Part shown: positions 60,646 through 63,917 of the stretch, piece after piece | Position numbering within the stretch: the stretch's first letter is position 1 | Layout: every line of letters starts with the position of its first letter | Virus record (IMG/VR): IMGVR_UViG_3300022929_002740 | Location: 1-63,917 of that record | Reading direction: 5' to 3' (one strand) | DNA from: a virus | Lineage: Duplodnaviria > Caudoviricetes | DNA length: 63,917 nucleotides | Notes under the pieces: model-generated | Told to the model about the DNA's origin: nothing | Seen by the model: the letters and a program-made list of their open reading frames with translations, nothing else | Database searches by the model: none | Position numbers and translations under genes: made by a program

Positions 60646-60946
60646 TTACTTTGCTGCATGGAATGCACAGGATGCACGTTGGCTTACACATTTATTCGAC
60701 AATGATGTTACACTAGTTGATTGGGATAACAGTGTGAGTGGGTTAATTGATGTAGTAGAGATGAATAGAAAAATATGGGCAGACGTTCCAGACATTAAAG
60801 CAACAGTACTAGACATTGCTGAAAGTGAACAACACTGTATTGCAAAACTACTGATACAAATAGACGATGATACTAGCATCGATGTAGTAGATGTGTTTAC
60901 AATGAAAGACGGCAAGATCACCAGTATCAAAGCCTACAAAGGATAA
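60626..60946 (+). CDS. SnoaL/NTF2-like protein
   Basis: YFAAWNAQD...LFDNDVTL.DW...VVDVFTMKDGKITSIKAY. Confidence 0.85.
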   Translation: MKQLALNYFAAWNAQDARWLTHLFDNDVTLVDWDNSVSGLIDVVEMNRKIWADVPDIKATVLDIAESEQHCIAKLLIQIDDDTSIDVVDVFTMKDGKITSIKAYKG

Positions 60947-60947
60947 C

Positions 60948-62174
60948 ATGGATAAACAAACTTATTGCGTACTACCTTACAATCACCTTAGCATTGATCC
61001 TCAAGGTCAAGTACGTCCTTGCTGTAACTATAACTTTCATAAACAAAGTTTTAAAGACACAGGATGGAAATTTAAAAGCATATGGGATAGTGATAACTTA
61101 AATGAGTTGTTGCAAGGTGAACCGCATATTGAATTAAGAAAAGATGTTGAAGCTAATCATAAGCATAGTTTCTGTGATAGATGTTGGGTAAGCGAAGATA
61201 ATGGCGGTGAAAGCTATAGAAATATGTGGAACAATAGTTTTGGTTGCACTACACCCGAAACGTTTCAAAGACAAGTTAAGATTGAATATGTAGAATTTAC
61301 ACTAGGTAATAAGTGTAATATTCAGTGTAGAATGTGCAATCCTTGGAGTAGCAGTATGTGGGCAGACGAGATCTATAAAAACCCACAGCTGGACTTTTGG
61401 GAAACAGGAGCACATTTAGACAAAACAAAATTTGAATGGTATGATACGCCACAGTTTGATAAAATCTTCAATGAGATATTACCAACACTTAAACATGTAA
61501 ACATGTTAGGTGGTGAACCTTTGTTTAATGCAAAGTATTATGACATACTACAAAAGATAATTGACAGTGGTAGAGCAGGTGAGATTGTACTACAGTTCAA
61601 CAGTAATATGCTGGCTATTCAAGACAAAGTATATGATCTATGGCAACACTTTAAACTTGTGCAGATTAATATGAGTTGTGACGGTGTAGAAGGCGTAAAC
61701 GAATATGTAAGGTGGCCTGGTAAATGGAGTAAGTGGGAACGTAATCTCAACAGAGTTTTTGAGTGGCAACAAAAGTTAGGCTCAGATAAACTAAGTTTAC
61801 AGATACACAGTACACTCAGCAGTTTAACCTGGCTAGACTTAGGAAATTTGTATAGATACACACAAACGCTACCTATTATGTTCCAACTTCCGTTTTTAAT
61901 TCAAGTAACACAACCAGCAATGATGGATGCAATCCACTTGCCGCAACCTATCAAAGACAAAGGATACGAGCAGGCTATACAAGCACTAGAGAACAGTGGT
62001 GCAGAAGAGTGGGAAGTAAGTAATAATCGCAGTTTGTTAGAACATGTAATGAATACAGAACGCAATCCTGATTTATGGGAAATGTTTATTAACGAAACTA
62101 ATAAACTAGACAAAGTGAGAAATCAAAGCATACTAACATATGTTCCGGAGTATCAAGAATACTGGCATGAATAA
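60948..62174 (+). CDS. Radical SAM protein 7
   Basis: CVLPY..PCC...CDRC; CNIQCRMC; LGGEP. Confidence 0.92.
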   Translation: MDKQTYCVLPYNHLSIDPQGQVRPCCNYNFHKQSFKDTGWKFKSIWDSDNLNELLQGEPHIELRKDVEANHKHSFCDRCWVSEDNGGESYRNMWNNSFGCTTPETFQRQVKIEYVEFTLGNKCNIQCRMCNPWSSSMWADEIYKNPQLDFWETGAHLDKTKFEWYDTPQFDKIFNEILPTLKHVNMLGGEPLFNAKYYDILQKIIDSGRAGEIVLQFNSNMLAIQDKVYDLWQHFKLVQINMSCDGVEGVNEYVRWPGKWSKWERNLNRVFEWQQKLGSDKLSLQIHSTLSSLTWLDLGNLYRYTQTLPIMFQLPFLIQVTQPAMMDAIHLPQPIKDKGYEQAIQALENSGAEEWEVSNNRSLLEHVMNTERNPDLWEMFINETNKLDKVRNQSILTYVPEYQEYWHE

Positions 62175-63333
62175 TATAATACCTGCAACTGATTTGTATA
62201 GACCGTTACGTGATCTAATAAGAGACCAAGGGTTAATCAGACAACTGATTAACCAAGGTAATAAAAAGTGTTTGGTAATGGATACACCATATAATAGACC
62301 AGATGCAAATGGCGTTCCATTTGATCAAATAACACACTTTGAACAATTAGATCAGATACACAGCGATATCTGGCCAGACGTGATTACAGGAGAAATAAAA
62401 CTAGTATTCATGTTTACAGATTGGTGGCATACAGTAAATCAACATGAAACCAATTTACAAAAAAGTGGCAACTTGTTGAGCATTGATCTTTACAATGTTT
62501 GCTATAGACTTTGCAAACAACACAACATACTAAACAACAGTGTGTTTATAAGTCCTAGCAGTATCAAAGATGTTGTACAACATGAAGATTGGCCCATTGT
62601 ACACTACAATGAACCTTTTAATAGATATTTTGAATATACCAATGGTTACACCATACAAAATGTAGATAAATTTAACAAACATTTTTTATGGCTAAACAGA
62701 CGTTGCAGAGAACATAGACTGTATGCACTGCATCAAGCAAATCAAATGAATCTGTTTGATAATTGTATATACAGTTTACATGACTTTAGTGAACAGCCAT
62801 GGCAAGATGAAGATATAATTAGATTTCTCAGAGAATATTTGCCTGAAGATCAAATTGATCTCGGGTTTAGAACACTAACTAAAACACTAGATCAAAACTA
62901 CGATCCTGTTGAAGATATACAATACAAAGAACAAATACATGACTTAGATTACTTTAGTGAACGCACATATTTGCACATTGTCGGCGAGTTTAATTGCAGT
63001 AATCAAAAAGTATTCTTGACAGAAAAAGCTAGTAGACCAATAGTAATGGGCAAACCATTTGTTATGTTCGGTGACCGCGGCGGGTTAGATGAGTTACGCA
63101 GTTTAGGATTTAAAACGTTTGATAAATTTTGGGATGAAAGTTATGACACACTGCCTACTGCTAAACAGCGCATGGACGGCATGTTGCAAACACTAGACTA
63201 CATAAGAAACAACATAGATATTCAACAAGGATATTCTAACGAAATGTTACAAGTGTTACAACACAATATGGATTTGTATCACAATGAATACAAACAGCAA
63301 CAAATAAAAAAACTAGAGCAAGTATTTCAATGA
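62167..63333 (+). CDS. GT-B-like protein (GT10/fucosyltransferase-like C-terminal motif)
   Basis: FLWLNRR.REHR and FLTEK..RPI..GKPF...G....LRSLGFKTF..FWDESYD motifs. Confidence 0.5.
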   Translation: MNNIIPATDLYRPLRDLIRDQGLIRQLINQGNKKCLVMDTPYNRPDANGVPFDQITHFEQLDQIHSDIWPDVITGEIKLVFMFTDWWHTVNQHETNLQKSGNLLSIDLYNVCYRLCKQHNILNNSVFISPSSIKDVVQHEDWPIVHYNEPFNRYFEYTNGYTIQNVDKFNKHFLWLNRRCREHRLYALHQANQMNLFDNCIYSLHDFSEQPWQDEDIIRFLREYLPEDQIDLGFRTLTKTLDQNYDPVEDIQYKEQIHDLDYFSERTYLHIVGEFNCSNQKVFLTEKASRPIVMGKPFVMFGDRGGLDELRSLGFKTFDKFWDESYDTLPTAKQRMDGMLQTLDYIRNNIDIQQGYSNEMLQVLQHNMDLYHNEYKQQQIKKLEQVFQ

Positions 63334-63917
63334 AACCCAAACACGTTATACAACAAGTATCTGATATGAATATATGGCATGATGCAGTGTGGGTAAACAT
63401 TCAACAACAAACATTCTTTGTGCCTATATGGCGTAATGGTAACACAGAATTTATGCATCTAGCAGAGCAGTTTGGCTATACATTAGAAAAGTATTTTGAT
63501 CTTACTGGTTATACGGGTTATGCATTTGTGAGACATCCTAGTAAAAGACTAGCAGGACAAATATGGAGAGCAATGCAAAATCAACAGTTTAGTTTTGAAC
63601 AGTGTGTTGATTATATTATGCAGGGAGACTTGTCTAAAGATCCTCATTTTAGAACACAACAAAGTTTCTTACAAGACTATGATGTTGAATACCTAATAGA
63701 CTTAGACGATATGCAACCCACAGGACATCAACATATCGACGCAGTGATCAAACATATGAAACAGCCCAAAGAGATTGTACGCAGTGCAATTGATCAACAA
63801 CAACGACAAGAGATTCAACAGCAATTGGACAACACACAAATAATCAACAAGTATCAACAAGACTGTGATCTAGTAATGCCAACAGTTGGCCTAGTAGGTG
63901 TAGGAAATATTGGCAGT
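63330..63917 (+). CDS. Sulfotransferase-like domain followed by the start of a Rossmann fold (partial)
   Basis: Hand translation gives FVPIWRNGNT, AFVRHPSKR, DPHFRTQ, YQQD, then VGLVGVGNIGS at the window edge. Confidence 0.55.
   Translation, partial: MKPKHVIQQVSDMNIWHDAVWVNIQQQTFFVPIWRNGNTEFMHLAEQFGYTLEKYFDLTGYTGYAFVRHPSKRLAGQIWRAMQNQQFSFEQCVDYIMQGDLSKDPHFRTQQSFLQDYDVEYLIDLDDMQPTGHQHIDAVIKHMKQPKEIVRSAIDQQQRQEIQQQLDNTQIINKYQQDCDLVMPTVGLVGVGNIGS

Noticed and set aside
48237-62174. RiPP precursor peptide for the radical-SAM cluster
   Set aside because: The genes abut or overlap, leaving no short precursor ORF, and no PqqD/RRE-like domain was recognised within the window.
1-63917. Stop-codon reassignment or a diversity-generating retroelement
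   Set aside because: Genes are full-length in the standard code, and no reverse transcriptase or TR/VR pair was seen.

Overview
A 64-kb, AT-rich, gene-dense fragment of a large T4-related myophage genome; the host cannot be determined from the sequence. From left to right it contains five blocks. (1) A minus-strand block of mosaic fibre/decoration proteins with a subtilisin protease. (2) The head module (gp23 capsid, gp22 scaffold, gp21 protease, an acidic core protein, gp20 portal), a probable tape-measure gene, and a divergent gp26-like gene whose gp51-like partner appears reachable only by a -1 frameshift on a T9 run. (3) A stand-alone GIY-YIG nuclease followed by about 400 nt of non-coding, pseudoknotted, strand-specific structure (candidate new ncRNA), then a HAD phosphomannomutase and gp46/gp47/gp55. 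(4) A plus-strand baseplate module including a 3738-aa protein. (5) A 16-kb operon behind a perfect sigma70 promoter, carrying seven radical-SAM proteins, several glycosyltransferase-like proteins, a nucleotidyltransferase-cupin fusion, a SnoaL-like protein and a sulfotransferase-like/Rossmann fusion. All product calls come from motif recognition and synteny, not database searches. No tRNA, rRNA or CRISPR array was seen.
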